The notes beneath the pieces are model-generated. The model was not told the DNA's origin. It made no database searches and saw nothing but the letters and a program-made list of their open reading frames with translations. DNA of 64,000 nucleotides from Candidatus Sulfotelmatobacter sp. (lineage in GTDB: Bacteria > Acidobacteriota > Terriglobia > Terriglobales > Acidobacteriaceae), in contig JASHNU010000074.1 in the NCBI GenBank assembly GCA_030041475.1, forward strand, positions 50,528 to 114,527. The letters run 5' to 3'. Shown in pieces: positions 19,751 through 29,552 of this stretch; position 1 is the stretch's first letter; the number at the start of each line of letters is the position of its first letter. Position numbers and translations under genes: made by a program.

Positions 19751-21409
19751 CTATTTCTTCGCTGCAGCTGAGAGCAATCCGAAGATCTGCAGTTGTCCGC
19801 TGCTGGCGACGAAGACCTGGCCGTTGGCCACGACCGGTACGATGTTGGCATCGTTCGGGGGATTGGGCCACGTTCCGGCGGGCGAGCGGTAAAGAAGCTT
19901 CATCGTCTTGCCGCCGGCGTCGGGCGTAAAAGCGTAGAGATGCACGGTGGGACCTGAGTAGGGGCGCGACACGGTCCAGATGATCGCATTGGATGTGCCG
20001 CTTGAGGAGATCGTAGTGAACAGGCCCGGATTCTGTCCGGTCGGGATGGTCGGCGATGCGCTAACCAGCGCCAACGCCGGTTTTGGGGAAGTCGCCAGCT
20101 TCCAAACTTTAATTGACTTTCCGCCGCTTGAGACGACGCGCGCTGCCCCATCGGTATCCACGAAATACGATTGGCCACACCAGCATCCGCCCACCGGATA
20201 GATGCCGAGCACATCGTTCTTCGAAGTCGAGTGACCGCCGAGGTTGTCTTCGTTCATCAGGAACATGTTGCCGTCTTTGCCGGCGGCGACAGCAAGATGC
20301 GGCGTGGCGCCGGGCTGGTCAGGAAGGACCATGACGCCGCCCGCTCCGATTTCCCAGTCGTCGAGATCGAGCGTGTCCTGATCGTCGGGCGTAAACAGGT
20401 CGAGCACGCCGCTCAGTGTGGGCGAGACTTTCACCACGCTCTCTTGGATGTTGGTCACGCCGTCGTAGGTCTGGTATTGCGAGTTTCCGGTTACGAAGAG
20501 GACGTTGCCGGAGTCGTCGGCGGCGGGGCCGTAGCCGGACATCCAGATGGAGGAGAGAAAAAAATTATCTGGGGCAGTCGCAAGCATGTCCACCAGTTCA
20601 TTCGGGACGATCGGAGCCAGGGACGACGCGGTCCAGCCGAGCACCCAGCCGCGAGAGTTGGCGGCCTGGCCATCGCAGAAGCTGCCGAAGGCGGCGTAGA
20701 GATTGCCGTTGTTGAGAAGCAGGGCCGGACGCTGGCGCTGATAGAGAGGGTTGAAGTTAAGCGTTGTGCCGTTCGTGAGCGTGTGCGAGGCGCTGACGAC
20801 CTGCGGCGTGACTTTGTCCGTGAGACTGCCGAGATCGAGCGCGTGAACCGTGTAGACGGGCGCGGCCGCACCCTGCGTGTAGGTGATCGCGTAGAGCGTG
20901 TTGCTGGTGGGATCGATCACCGGAGTCGAGTGAATGCCGAGGTTGGGCGACTTGCCGCACATCGTGGGCGTCGCGACCGAAGGACCGAAATTCGGGTTGA
21001 GCAGCACTACCCCGCTGTTGTAGTCAATGGCGTAGACGGTGTTGTTCTCCGTGGCTACGTAAACTACGTTGTGCACTCCGGGGCTGCTGCCGGCGGTAAT
21101 CAGAACGTTCGGAACCACGAGCGGCTGGCCGTCCACCTGAGCGTCGAGGGAGATGGTATAGAGAAGGCCGAAAGTCTTCGTGTTGACGCTGGCCGGCGTG
21201 AGCGCAGTTTCGGTCTGGTTCCAGCCGGTGCGGTAGTTGTCGTAGTGGTAGGTGTAGATCCCAGTTTGCGCATGCACGGAAAGCGCAGCCAAGGCGACTA
21301 AGGCCGCTGGCGCGAAACGGCGCGCCGCGAGGCGCACAAAGTGATGCTGCAGAGCCGGGAAGCGGCGCAACAAAGCGAAGAACATTACGATCCCCCGTGG
21401 AGGGCGCAT
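19751..21409 (-). CDS. Secreted beta-propeller (PQQ-like repeat) protein
   Basis: 552 aa with a signal peptide (ALAALSVHAQTG). It begins YTYHYDNYRTGWNQTETALTP and has repeated beta-strand blades (VVYVATENNTVYAIDYNSG, LYAITY, VYTVHALD). The start may instead be the internal Met (MFFALL). Confidence 0.65.
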   Translation of the reverse strand: MRPPRGIVMFFALLRRFPALQHHFVRLAARRFAPAALVALAALSVHAQTGIYTYHYDNYRTGWNQTETALTPASVNTKTFGLLYTISLDAQVDGQPLVVPNVLITAGSSPGVHNVVYVATENNTVYAIDYNSGVVLLNPNFGPSVATPTMCGKSPNLGIHSTPVIDPTSNTLYAITYTQGAAAPVYTVHALDLGSLTDKVTPQVVSASHTLTNGTTLNFNPLYQRQRPALLLNNGNLYAAFGSFCDGQAANSRGWVLGWTASSLAPIVPNELVDMLATAPDNFFLSSIWMSGYGPAADDSGNVLFVTGNSQYQTYDGVTNIQESVVKVSPTLSGVLDLFTPDDQDTLDLDDWEIGAGGVMVLPDQPGATPHLAVAAGKDGNMFLMNEDNLGGHSTSKNDVLGIYPVGGCWCGQSYFVDTDGAARVVSSGGKSIKVWKLATSPKPALALVSASPTIPTGQNPGLFTTISSSGTSNAIIWTVSRPYSGPTVHLYAFTPDAGGKTMKLLYRSPAGTWPNPPNDANIVPVVANGQVFVASSGQLQIFGLLSAAAKK

Positions 21410-21807
21410 CGTCAGTCCGGTCGACGAGATTGGGGGAGGGGTTCGCCGGGCGCCCGAGATACTTACGATGCGGGCCAGAGCGGCAAATCTACGCGAAACC
21501 GCACAGGTTGTAAAGAGAGATCACGGATTAGCCTCAACGCACTAGCCCGAGGTTCGAGCCTTCGAACTCCTTCAGCGGACACCCAACCCGCTCCTCTCAA
21601 AAGATTCGGGGGAATTGTACCTCTCTCCAACATGACTCTGGCGGAGCACTACCCGGTTACACGCATTGCCCCATTGACCGCTATCGGAATTTTCGCCAAG
21701 TTAAGACCAGAGGCCAAACCCGCGAGGCGCTATAACTTGTCGGTGTGAAAAAGGAGACGCGAATCCGATTGGTGTCCCCTATGTGTGACAGCCCGGGAAG
21801 GGCGAGG

Positions 21808-23046
21808 TCATGGTAGCGGCTGTAAGGTTGCATTCACCAGACGCGAATCGTCAAACTCTGTTTTTTCTCCCGCTTCCTTTCCAGCAGCTGGCTGCAGACG
21901 GGCGGTGAGTGGTTTATGCCACTTCACTGCCAGCGACGCCACATCGCCGATGATGCGCGCCAGTTGGTCCTCGCTAACACTCCCGGGAAGCGGCACAGCG
22001 TCCAGGCCCGTCCCGCAAACGGCTGAGTATGAGAGCAGCGAATCGAGGTGGTAGCTGCCTTGACTCCAGCGCTCAGCCAGACGTTTGTCTTCCATCACCG
22101 GAACCATAAGCCCTGAGTAGCCAACCTGCTTCACCGGAACTGCCTTTACCGCTTGCGTGATGAGGGAGGCGGCCGTCAGCGTTCCGCTGCTGCCAAACGG
22201 TGCCCCCAAGTAGCTCTCGATCGCGGCCCCGATCGAAATGTCTCCTAGAGGTGCCGGCGTAAGGTCAACGCCGAGGAACTCCCACCCCGTTTCTTTTTGA
22301 ATTGCCTGGCCTACTTCTTCAGCCACCCGCGCGTGCTGGGTGAGCGCGGCCGAAAGTTCATGCACCAGCTCCTCGGCATTCCTGCGCCCAGAACCGAGAA
22401 CCTGACCAACGACGTTGGCTCCCTCGAACCCGACCGAAAACTTGTCACCGCGGCCGGTGTGGTAGGAGCCCGGAAAGAAGGGCGCGTACGGCGCGAGCAT
22501 GGCGGTCGCCGCGAAACTAAAAGTGGCCTGACTGTGCGGGCTGTGCTCGGAGAGATATTTGATGAGATGCGCAGCAGCGCCGATCGCCTTCCAGTGAATG
22601 CCGTCATCGGCAGCAACAATTGTGCTGGCATTGGAATGTTGAGCGTTCAGGAGAGCTTCGCCCAAGAGTTCCACGGCACCTGGGTTGTCATCGTCTCGCA
22701 ACATCGCAGGACCCAGGCTCAGCGAGAACTGTTCGCGGGCGGCCAGGCTATCCAGCTGCTTCAGGAATCTCAGCGCTTGCTCCCGCGGGAGCTCGGCCGT
22801 GTATTCGGGGAACGGCTGCGTCGTAATCCGGATCGTCTGCACCTCATAGCCGCGGCTCTCAAAAGCAGTCCGGGTCTTCCGCAGCACCGTGAGGGCGCCG
22901 GCGATTTGGGCATTGTAGTCGGACCTGTCGATCCTGACGAAGGCCGTAATCGCTCTGACCTTGGGGTTGGAGGAGGGCGCGCCGAAAAGAAGATGGGGAA
23001 TCGCAACCCATGCCAGCAAGACAAGCAGTGACGGTCTGTGTGGCAT
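21808..23046 (-). CDS. DUF711 (UPF0210) family protein with N-terminal hydrophobic signal-like segment
   Basis: 412 aa. VRAITAFVRI, LGVDLTPAPLGD, GTLTAASL, YSGLMVPVMED and AVCGTGLDAVPLPG align with the UPF0210 family as I recall it. The N-terminus is MPHRPSLLVLLAWVAIPHLLFGAPSS. Confidence 0.8.
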   Translation of the reverse strand: MPHRPSLLVLLAWVAIPHLLFGAPSSNPKVRAITAFVRIDRSDYNAQIAGALTVLRKTRTAFESRGYEVQTIRITTQPFPEYTAELPREQALRFLKQLDSLAAREQFSLSLGPAMLRDDDNPGAVELLGEALLNAQHSNASTIVAADDGIHWKAIGAAAHLIKYLSEHSPHSQATFSFAATAMLAPYAPFFPGSYHTGRGDKFSVGFEGANVVGQVLGSGRRNAEELVHELSAALTQHARVAEEVGQAIQKETGWEFLGVDLTPAPLGDISIGAAIESYLGAPFGSSGTLTAASLITQAVKAVPVKQVGYSGLMVPVMEDKRLAERWSQGSYHLDSLLSYSAVCGTGLDAVPLPGSVSEDQLARIIGDVASLAVKWHKPLTARLQPAAGKEAGEKTEFDDSRLVNATLQPLP

Positions 23047-23076
23047 TATTGGCCTCTCATGCAGCGGCGGTCGCTT

Positions 23077-24453
23077 CTAGCTTTTCACGATCTTTCTCGC
23101 CACGCCGTCCCAGACTGCGGCTGAGCGGTTGAAATACGAGAAGTTTGACAGGTGGCAGCCGATAGCCGCATGGTTGCCAAAAACTTCGTTCTCGGTCACC
23201 GGCTTCCGGTTGCGGATGGCGTTAAAGAAGTTGGCCTGATGATCGACCGTGTCGTTGTAGTCGGGCGGCGGGGCATAGGATTCGCTTTCGGCATCAACGG
23301 TAGAAGTCAGGGCAGCCGGTTCAGGATACTCCTTGTGCCATTGCTCCAGGTACTTCTCCCGGAGTTCCTTCGGCCAGCCGTGGATGGAGTAGCCCTCGGG
23401 CTGCGGACGCGTATCCTGCGGGATGTAGCTCAGGCTTGAATCTTTGATGACCATCGTACCCTTCGTGCCGTAGAAGCCGATAAATTCACCGCCATCGTTG
23501 TTCAGGTTGCAGCGCAGCGTGACTTTGAAGTTGGGATAATCGTAGAGCGTTTCGATCAGGTCGGGAAATTCGCGGCCGTCTTTGAAGTGATACAGGCCTC
23601 CGCTGGACTGCGCGCGCTGCGCCACTAGGTTGGTGCCCGTGATGAAGTGAATGCCAGAAATAAGGTGGACGAACAGATCGCCGGCCAGTCCCTCGCCGTA
23701 ATCCTCATAACAGCGCCAGCGGAAAAAGCGTACGGGATCGAAGGCGCGCTTGGGCGCACCGCCAAGAAACGTATTCCAGTCGATGGTCTTCTCGCTGGCA
23801 TCAGGAGGAATGGGGTACACCCACGCGCCGCTCGGAGAATTGCGGTCCCAGTACGCGTTGATGGAGAAAACTTCGCCCAGCTTGCCAGAGTCGTAAATTT
23901 CCTTCGCCTTAAGGTAAAGAACGGAGCTCACGCGCTGGCTGCCGATCTGCACAATGCGGTTGTTTTTCTGCGCCGCCTCGATCATGGCGAAGCCGTCCTC
24001 GACCGTGTGCGACATCGGCTTCTCGCAGTAGACGTCTTTGCCGGCGGCGCAGGCGTCCTCGAAGATGTGGCGATGTTGATGGTCAGTAACGGCAATGATG
24101 ACCGCGTCAACGTCTTTGCGGTCCAGAATGCTGCGATATTCGCGCGTTGCGGTCACGCCGGGATTCTTGACCGCTTCGCGCGCGGCGGTGTGCCGGCTGT
24201 CGTAGAGGTCGCAGACCGCCGCGCATTCCACTCCCGGCAGGTGCGTGGTGGCTTCGAGAAGTTCACATCCGCGAACCCCGGTTCCGATGGAAGCGAAGCG
24301 GATCGTGTCGCTGGCCGGGACATCACCCGATAAGCCGCGCGGAGAGGCAAAGAGCACCTGCGGCTGGAGGAGAGTCTTCACAAATGACGCGGCTGCCATA
24401 GCGCCGCTGCCGAGTTGGATAAATTGCCGTCGAGTAAAAGGATTGCGAGCCAT
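23077..24453 (-). CDS. Gfo/Idh/MocA-family oxidoreductase with twin-arginine (TAT) signal
   Basis: 458 aa with a TAT motif (TRRQFIQLGSGAMAAASF), a Rossmann segment (IRFASIGTGVRG) and the conserved EKP motif (VYCEKPM). Confidence 0.85.
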   Translation of the reverse strand: MARNPFTRRQFIQLGSGAMAAASFVKTLLQPQVLFASPRGLSGDVPASDTIRFASIGTGVRGCELLEATTHLPGVECAAVCDLYDSRHTAAREAVKNPGVTATREYRSILDRKDVDAVIIAVTDHQHRHIFEDACAAGKDVYCEKPMSHTVEDGFAMIEAAQKNNRIVQIGSQRVSSVLYLKAKEIYDSGKLGEVFSINAYWDRNSPSGAWVYPIPPDASEKTIDWNTFLGGAPKRAFDPVRFFRWRCYEDYGEGLAGDLFVHLISGIHFITGTNLVAQRAQSSGGLYHFKDGREFPDLIETLYDYPNFKVTLRCNLNNDGGEFIGFYGTKGTMVIKDSSLSYIPQDTRPQPEGYSIHGWPKELREKYLEQWHKEYPEPAALTSTVDAESESYAPPPDYNDTVDHQANFFNAIRNRKPVTENEVFGNHAAIGCHLSNFSYFNRSAAVWDGVARKIVKS

Positions 24454-24792
24454 GGAATTTGCCGCCCTCGTGAGAAAACTGGAATTGTCCGACGGTTGTG
24501 AGCTGATCGGAGTGGAAAATTATCCCACAGGCGGGGAGGGACAGCATGAATCGATTTTGGCCGGGTCGCGTGGTCAGGGGTTTAACCGCGAACTGCACAA
24601 AAGATTCGCATAGCGCCCGGCGAACCTTCTGGACTCACGAAGATGTACAGGGAGAAAGAGTGGAGGGAAAAATTAAAAGGGCCGTGACATTGGTTATGCC
24701 CTAGCCAGCGGCTCCTGCGAGGGAGCCAATAGCGTGGAAGCATGTACCGTCACAGCCCCTTGATGTAATCACTGCTTTCGCAGTCCCAAACC

Positions 24793-24824
24793 CCGGCTGC
24801 CCCTCGCAGAGCTGTCGGTTTTTT
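24793..24824 (+). terminator. Orphan terminator-like hairpin plus T6 in a gene-free gap (candidate 3' end of an unannotated transcript)
   Basis: ccggctgc / gctgtcgg forms an 8-position stem (6 Watson-Crick pairs, 1 G-U, 1 mismatch) with a 10-nt loop, followed by tttttt. No CDS lies upstream on the + strand. Confidence 0.3.
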
Positions 24825-25184
24825 CAGGTCTGGTCGCCCCGCAGGTTGCCCCGCTTGGCTGATCACCCAGCCTACTTCGGACTGGCTCAGTGTTATTGTG
24901 CCAACCCTTTCGACCGTCGACGATGCCAAGTTAACAGAGCATTCATAAAAGTCAACGCAAACTTTCGGTGCAACCGCGTTTTCAAAACCTGTGCATAACC
25001 AGTAACGTAAATGGTTGTGATGGCGAAGCTTACTAAAAATGGAATTTGATCCGGCCTGGTTTTGCACAAATGTTGCACAGTAGTACAAAAAATTCGGAAA
25101 CTCTTGAAAGGGAACCAAATAATTCAACTTGACCCGGAATCATAATGGGGGCATCTTACAACAAGCGCGTCCACCAGCGAACTG

Positions 25185-25601
25185 ATGTCTGAACTTGTGG
25201 CTTACGTAGACGGGGGTAGCCTGGGAAATCCGGGGCCTTCCGGTATTGGCGTAGTAATCAATGGCAGCGCGGCGGAACCGGTGCGCATCGCCAAATGGAT
25301 TGGGCACCAAGATAACAACGTCGCAGAATACGCCGCGCTCATGGAGGCGCTGCAATACGCCGTGGCGCGCAAGGCCCACAAGCTTCATGTCTTTTCCGAT
25401 TCGCAAGTTGTAGTCAAGCAGATGACGGGCGAATATACCTGCCGCAGCCCGCGCCTCTACTCCCTGCACTGGACCTGCCGCAAGCTGGCGCGAGCGCTGA
25501 AGTTCTCCATCTCGCACGTTCCCCGCGAGGATAATGCCGAGGCCAATCGCCTGGCGCAGTCGGCGCTGCGCAAACGTAGTCGCTCCGCGGCCAGCAATTA
25601 G
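25185..25601 (+). CDS. rnhA: Ribonuclease HI
   Basis: 138 aa. The DEDD catalytic pattern sits in AYVDGGSLGNPGPSG, NNVAEYAALMEAL, VFSDSQVVVKQM and REDNAEANRLA. Confidence 0.88.
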   Translation: MSELVAYVDGGSLGNPGPSGIGVVINGSAAEPVRIAKWIGHQDNNVAEYAALMEALQYAVARKAHKLHVFSDSQVVVKQMTGEYTCRSPRLYSLHWTCRKLARALKFSISHVPREDNAEANRLAQSALRKRSRSAASN

Positions 25602-25926
25602 CCGACGCACCGCAGCCCCTAAACTTTTGTCTTAGTACCTCCGAGGTTCCTCTGTGACCGTGAATTCTTGACACTGCCAGTTGTGCGGGCGAGACTCCAG
25701 ATATTGCACCCCAACGTCCGAAGTGGCTGCGGACGATTGCGCCCGAGCCATTCTTGCTATCGGAGCTCGCCAGGTGCAGAACAGAAGCTGAAAAGGAAGA
25801 TCTCTGCGGCACGACAGCACAACTCACAGCAGCGTATCGACGAGGCTCGCCGCCTCCAATGCGGGTATTCCAACCGTTCTTGGCGCCCGTTTTCCCGGCG
25901 AGGATGGCGGCCGCTCCCTGGCGCAG

Positions 25927-27150
25927 ATGGCCCAGCTAGATCTGGATGCCGCCCTGCAATTGCTCGCTGACCGTGCCCAGTACATTACAGGAGCGAACGG
26001 AGCCGCCATCGCTCTGCGCCGCAGCGGAAAACAAGACCTGCTCTGCCGCGCGAGCATCGGGCCGAACGCGCCGGAGCTGGGAGCTTTGCTCTCCACCGAA
26101 TTCGGTCTGTCCGGCGAAAGCGTTCGCACCCGCAAGGCGTTGCGCTGCGACGATGCGGAACGCGATGCGCGCGTTAATCGCGAAGTGTGCCGCCAGCTGG
26201 GAATCGCTTCGGTGGTCGTGATGCCGGTCGTCCACGACGACGAAGTGCTCGGCGTCTTCGAACTCTTTTCGGGCAAGGCTCATGCTTTCGGCGAACGCGA
26301 TCTTTCCGCGCTCGAACGCCTCAGCGAGATGGTCGAAACCGCCGTGCGGCTGGCCCTTGCCGCCGAGCAGGTTCCCGAACCGCTGATACAGGGGAAACCT
26401 CCGGTCCAGGCTGAGGCTGCGCCGACGGAAGCGACGAGCGGGGCGGCGACGCAGATTCCGGGTCCCTCGCCAGCTGCACAGTCCGGCGCAATTAAGCCCG
26501 AACTGCCAGCAGTGTCCAAGCCAGCGGCGCCGAAGAAGCTGCTTCTGTGGTCGGCTCCCGTTCACGCGGGAGCAGTGGTTCACGAGCCCACGGAATCTGA
26601 CCGCAGCACTGTGCCTCCAGTGTTGCGCACCCTGCGCAAGTGCGAGGCGTGCGGCTTCCCCATCTCCGCGGGCCGGGCGCTGTGCGTGGAGTGCGAAGAG
26701 AAGAGATGGCGCGGGCAACTGAAGCGGCCACAGGCATTCCCGTTCCCTGCTACCCCGCAGGGGACTGGCTCCCCTGCGACTTCCGCACCCGCAGCGGCAC
26801 CGCCGGCGCGAGCGTTTGCGGCGGCAGCACAGTCCGCGCCGGCTGGGGTCACCGGGCAGGCAGCTCTGCAGCCCCTAGCGAAGGCGAGCAGCGCTACAAT
26901 TGTGCCGGAAGTAACTGAATCTAAAAACATTACGGCCGACGCCGTTGCGCCGGCCTCGATTTCTGCCGGCCCGCAACAAATGGTGCCTGAGACGGCCAGG
27001 AACGCATCTTCCCCCGCCTTCACACTGAGCGCTGGCCTCGAACCGTCGCAATCCTTGTTTTCTCGATCATGGTTCTCGGCCAACAAGTACATTCTTGGGG
27101 CAATTCTGGCGGTCGCAGCGACGGTCGCCGCCATCCTGCTATTGCGGTAG
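25927..27150 (+). CDS. GAF-domain protein with zinc-ribbon and C-terminal TM anchor
   Basis: 407 aa. The N-terminal GAF-like fold runs ITGANGAAIAL...VVVMPVVHDDEVLGVFELFS. It also has a CxxC...CxxC ribbon (CEACGFPISAGRALCVECE), a low-complexity Ala/Pro linker and a terminal TM (YILGAILAVAATVAAILLL). Confidence 0.75.
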   Translation: MAQLDLDAALQLLADRAQYITGANGAAIALRRSGKQDLLCRASIGPNAPELGALLSTEFGLSGESVRTRKALRCDDAERDARVNREVCRQLGIASVVVMPVVHDDEVLGVFELFSGKAHAFGERDLSALERLSEMVETAVRLALAAEQVPEPLIQGKPPVQAEAAPTEATSGAATQIPGPSPAAQSGAIKPELPAVSKPAAPKKLLLWSAPVHAGAVVHEPTESDRSTVPPVLRTLRKCEACGFPISAGRALCVECEEKRWRGQLKRPQAFPFPATPQGTGSPATSAPAAAPPARAFAAAAQSAPAGVTGQAALQPLAKASSATIVPEVTESKNITADAVAPASISAGPQQMVPETARNASSPAFTLSAGLEPSQSLFSRSWFSANKYILGAILAVAATVAAILLLR

Positions 27151-27257
27151 TTACATTGCTGGAGAAGGCATCAGTGGTCCAAATCATACAACTCCCGAAT
27201 CGCCGGAAATCCTTGACAACACAGGCAACTCTGCTAAAGTGCGAAGGAAAGGTTTCG

Positions 27258-27548
27258 ATGACACAATCCGCAGGTGCCCCGGTTATGAAGAATGTCTACG
27301 AAGTGTTGCGGCAGAAAGAGATGGAACTAACCCGTTTGGAGAAGGAAGTCGAGGCCCTGCGCCTGGTGGCCCCGCTTCTCTCCGAGGAAAAAGAGCCTAT
27401 TTCCGACATGGCGAAGCCGACCCTGGCCGCGGCCGTGAATGGTCCGCAAGCTACGGCGCGGATTCCGATTCCGAGCTCGCCTGCAATGCCCGCGCCGCAG
27501 CCGGTGCGCGCTGCGGGATGGGAAGACGGCGCGAAGCGCTGGCCGTAA
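27258..27548 (+). CDS. Small coiled-coil protein, function unknown
   Basis: Internal ATG of track ORF 27069..27548. The 96-aa product starts MTQSAGAPVMKNVYEVLRQKEMELTRLEKEVEALRL. Coding status is only moderately supported. Confidence 0.45.
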   Translation: MTQSAGAPVMKNVYEVLRQKEMELTRLEKEVEALRLVAPLLSEEKEPISDMAKPTLAAAVNGPQATARIPIPSSPAMPAPQPVRAAGWEDGAKRWP

Positions 27549-27604
27549 ACACTCGCGGAAACTGGCGAGCTGAAGGCTGTGCGCACGGCTCTGGAGTTTT
27601 TCTC

Positions 27605-27632
27605 TCAGCCCGGGACTCGAGTCCCGGGCTGA
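27605..27632. terminator. 28-nt perfect palindrome (hairpin), likely terminator of the GAF/small-ORF unit
   Basis: tcagcccgggactc|gagtcccgggctga, followed by cgtgtttgttg. It lies 57 nt after the stop at 27548. Confidence 0.5.
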
Positions 27633-27749
27633 CGTGTTTGTTGAGTTATGGGGATGACGTTTGTCGGATGACGTTTGGCATCTGGCGCAGTGACCCAGAT
27701 TCGAAGCACCATCAACAAAATGATCAGGAGAATGGTCGGGGGAATTCCT

Positions 27750-28136
27750 ATGAATATGAAGAAAATGTCGTTGGGGCTGGCAGTCGTCGCAATTTGCCTA
27801 AGCGCGGCATGGGCCAAGGACAAAGAACAGATGCAGGGCACGGTCGTTTCGGAGAATTCCGTTGCCTGCGGGTCGCAGAGCAAGGGCAAGAAAAGCTCTG
27901 ACATCATGTGCCAGGAATATGTGATTCGCACCGACTCGACCGAGTATCACGTGCGGCAGGAAAAAGAAGCGCACAAAGAACTGCTGCCGGTGAACGCACC
28001 CGTAGAGCTGAGCATCAGCAAGGACAAAATGAAGTTCAAAGTGAACGGCAAGAGCTATGAGATGCTGGTCGTTTCTGAATCCGCGGTGACCGCGCCGCCG
28101 GCGCAGCCTCCAGCCCCGGAAGCACCAAAGCAGTAG
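27750..28136 (+). CDS. Small secreted protein, function unknown
   Basis: The internal ATG of track ORF 27675..28136 gives MNMKKMSLGLAVVAICLSAAWAKDKE... (signal peptide) and a Pro-rich tail. Confidence 0.6.
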   Translation: MNMKKMSLGLAVVAICLSAAWAKDKEQMQGTVVSENSVACGSQSKGKKSSDIMCQEYVIRTDSTEYHVRQEKEAHKELLPVNAPVELSISKDKMKFKVNGKSYEMLVVSESAVTAPPAQPPAPEAPKQ

Positions 28137-28173
28137 TCATACGGCTGAAGCGCTTCTGCGCCTCGCCCGTGAT

Positions 28174-29526
28174 TCACCCGCCGACGATTTCCCTGAGCGC
28201 CGCCACGAGTCTGTCGACTTCTTCCGCGGTGTTGTAGTGCACGAGGCCGATGCGCAGAAAACCGCCTGACTTTTCGACGTCGAGGTGCTCGGTGAGGTTG
28301 AGCGCGTAGTAGTTGCCGTCCCAGGTGAAAATGCCGCGTTCGCCGAGCTTCGATGCGAGCTCCATCGGCGAGTGATTTTCGATTCTCACCGCCAAGGTTC
28401 CGCAGCGTTCATCGAAGCGTGCAGGATCGGTGATCCCATAAATCTTAAGGCCAGGGATTTTCTTCAGGCCGGCAAACGCGCGTTCCAGCAGCGCGCGCTC
28501 GTGCCGGTGGATGAGCTCATACGCGGCTTCGATGGCTGCGCGGCGAGAGGATTGTTGGGTTTCGCCATTCCCACCCAACGAAAACCGCGTTGGGTGGGGC
28601 ACCCGCGTTCCGGATTGGCGCCCCAGATCAGCGATGTACTCGACACACGCCGTGATGCCGGCGATGCACTCGTGGTTGAGCGTTCCGTACTCCCAGCGAA
28701 ACGGAATCGCGTCGGTGAGCGGGCGAACTTTGTACGGGCGAAAGCGCTTGAGGTGCTCGCGCTTGCCGAAGAGCACGCCCATGTGCGGCCCGAAAAATTT
28801 GTACGTCGAGCAAACGAGAAAATCGCAATCGAGTGCGGCCACGTCGATCAGGCCATGTGGCGCATAGTGCACGGCGTCCACGTAGGCGAGCGCCCCGGCG
28901 GCATGGGCAAGGCGCACGATTTCGCGCACCGGATTGATCGTGCCCACAGCATTCGAGGCATAGCCGACTGCGACCAGCTTCGTCTTCGAGTTGATTTTCG
29001 CCGCCAGGTCGGTCATGTCGAGCGTGCAGTCTTCGTCGTGGATCTCAGCCCAGCGCACGGTGACGTCCCGGCCGCTTTTGTTGCAATCTTCTGCCATCGC
29101 GAGCCACGGAGAAACGTTGGCGTCGTGATCGAGACGCGTGACGACGATTTCATCGCCTGCCTTGAGTTCGCGTCCGATCGCGCGCGATATGGAAAACGTC
29201 AGGGCAGTCATGTTCAGCCCGAAGACCACTTCGTCCGCGGCGCAGTGAAAGAAATCGGCCATGGCCTCGCGGGCCGCGGCGATGACGGCATCGGTACGGC
29301 GGCTGGTCGGGTAGTTTCCGCCAGAGTTCGCGTTGTCGCGGCGCAGGTAGTCGGAAATGGCGTCGATCACTCGCTGCGGAACCTGTGTTCCGCCGGGGCC
29401 GTCGAAGAATATGACCGGATGGCCGTTGACAGTCTGCGCAAGGGATGGAAATTGCGCGCGAATTTGCGTTAGATCAAAATGTGCCAGGTCGAATGAAGTA
29501 GATACGGGCTGTTCGGTCGTCGACAT
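28174..29526 (-). CDS. Class V aminotransferase / cysteine desulfurase-family PLP enzyme
   Basis: 450 aa with HDANVSPW, the PLP-Lys context CSTYKFFGPH and a C-terminal RIGLVHYNT. The antisense ORF 28285..29472 is rejected. Confidence 0.8.
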   Translation of the reverse strand: MSTTEQPVSTSFDLAHFDLTQIRAQFPSLAQTVNGHPVIFFDGPGGTQVPQRVIDAISDYLRRDNANSGGNYPTSRRTDAVIAAAREAMADFFHCAADEVVFGLNMTALTFSISRAIGRELKAGDEIVVTRLDHDANVSPWLAMAEDCNKSGRDVTVRWAEIHDEDCTLDMTDLAAKINSKTKLVAVGYASNAVGTINPVREIVRLAHAAGALAYVDAVHYAPHGLIDVAALDCDFLVCSTYKFFGPHMGVLFGKREHLKRFRPYKVRPLTDAIPFRWEYGTLNHECIAGITACVEYIADLGRQSGTRVPHPTRFSLGGNGETQQSSRRAAIEAAYELIHRHERALLERAFAGLKKIPGLKIYGITDPARFDERCGTLAVRIENHSPMELASKLGERGIFTWDGNYYALNLTEHLDVEKSGGFLRIGLVHYNTAEEVDRLVAALREIVGG

Positions 29527-29552
29527 ACGAGGTCTATTTTAGAACCTTAATT

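Noticed and set aside
21548-21572. tRNA-like T-arm (cgagg-ttcgagc-cttcg) in the 400-bp spacer between the beta-propeller and DUF711 genes.
   Set aside because: The flanking sequence cannot form an acceptor stem. The required 5' strand aggagtt is absent at about 21500, and no D or anticodon arms could be drawn.
24750-25127. 125-aa minus-strand ORF in the AT-rich gap.
   Set aside because: It has a TTG start without a Shine-Dalgarno, no GC3 bias, no recognisable motifs and a Cys/aromatic-rich odd composition. I kept it only as part of the gap finding.
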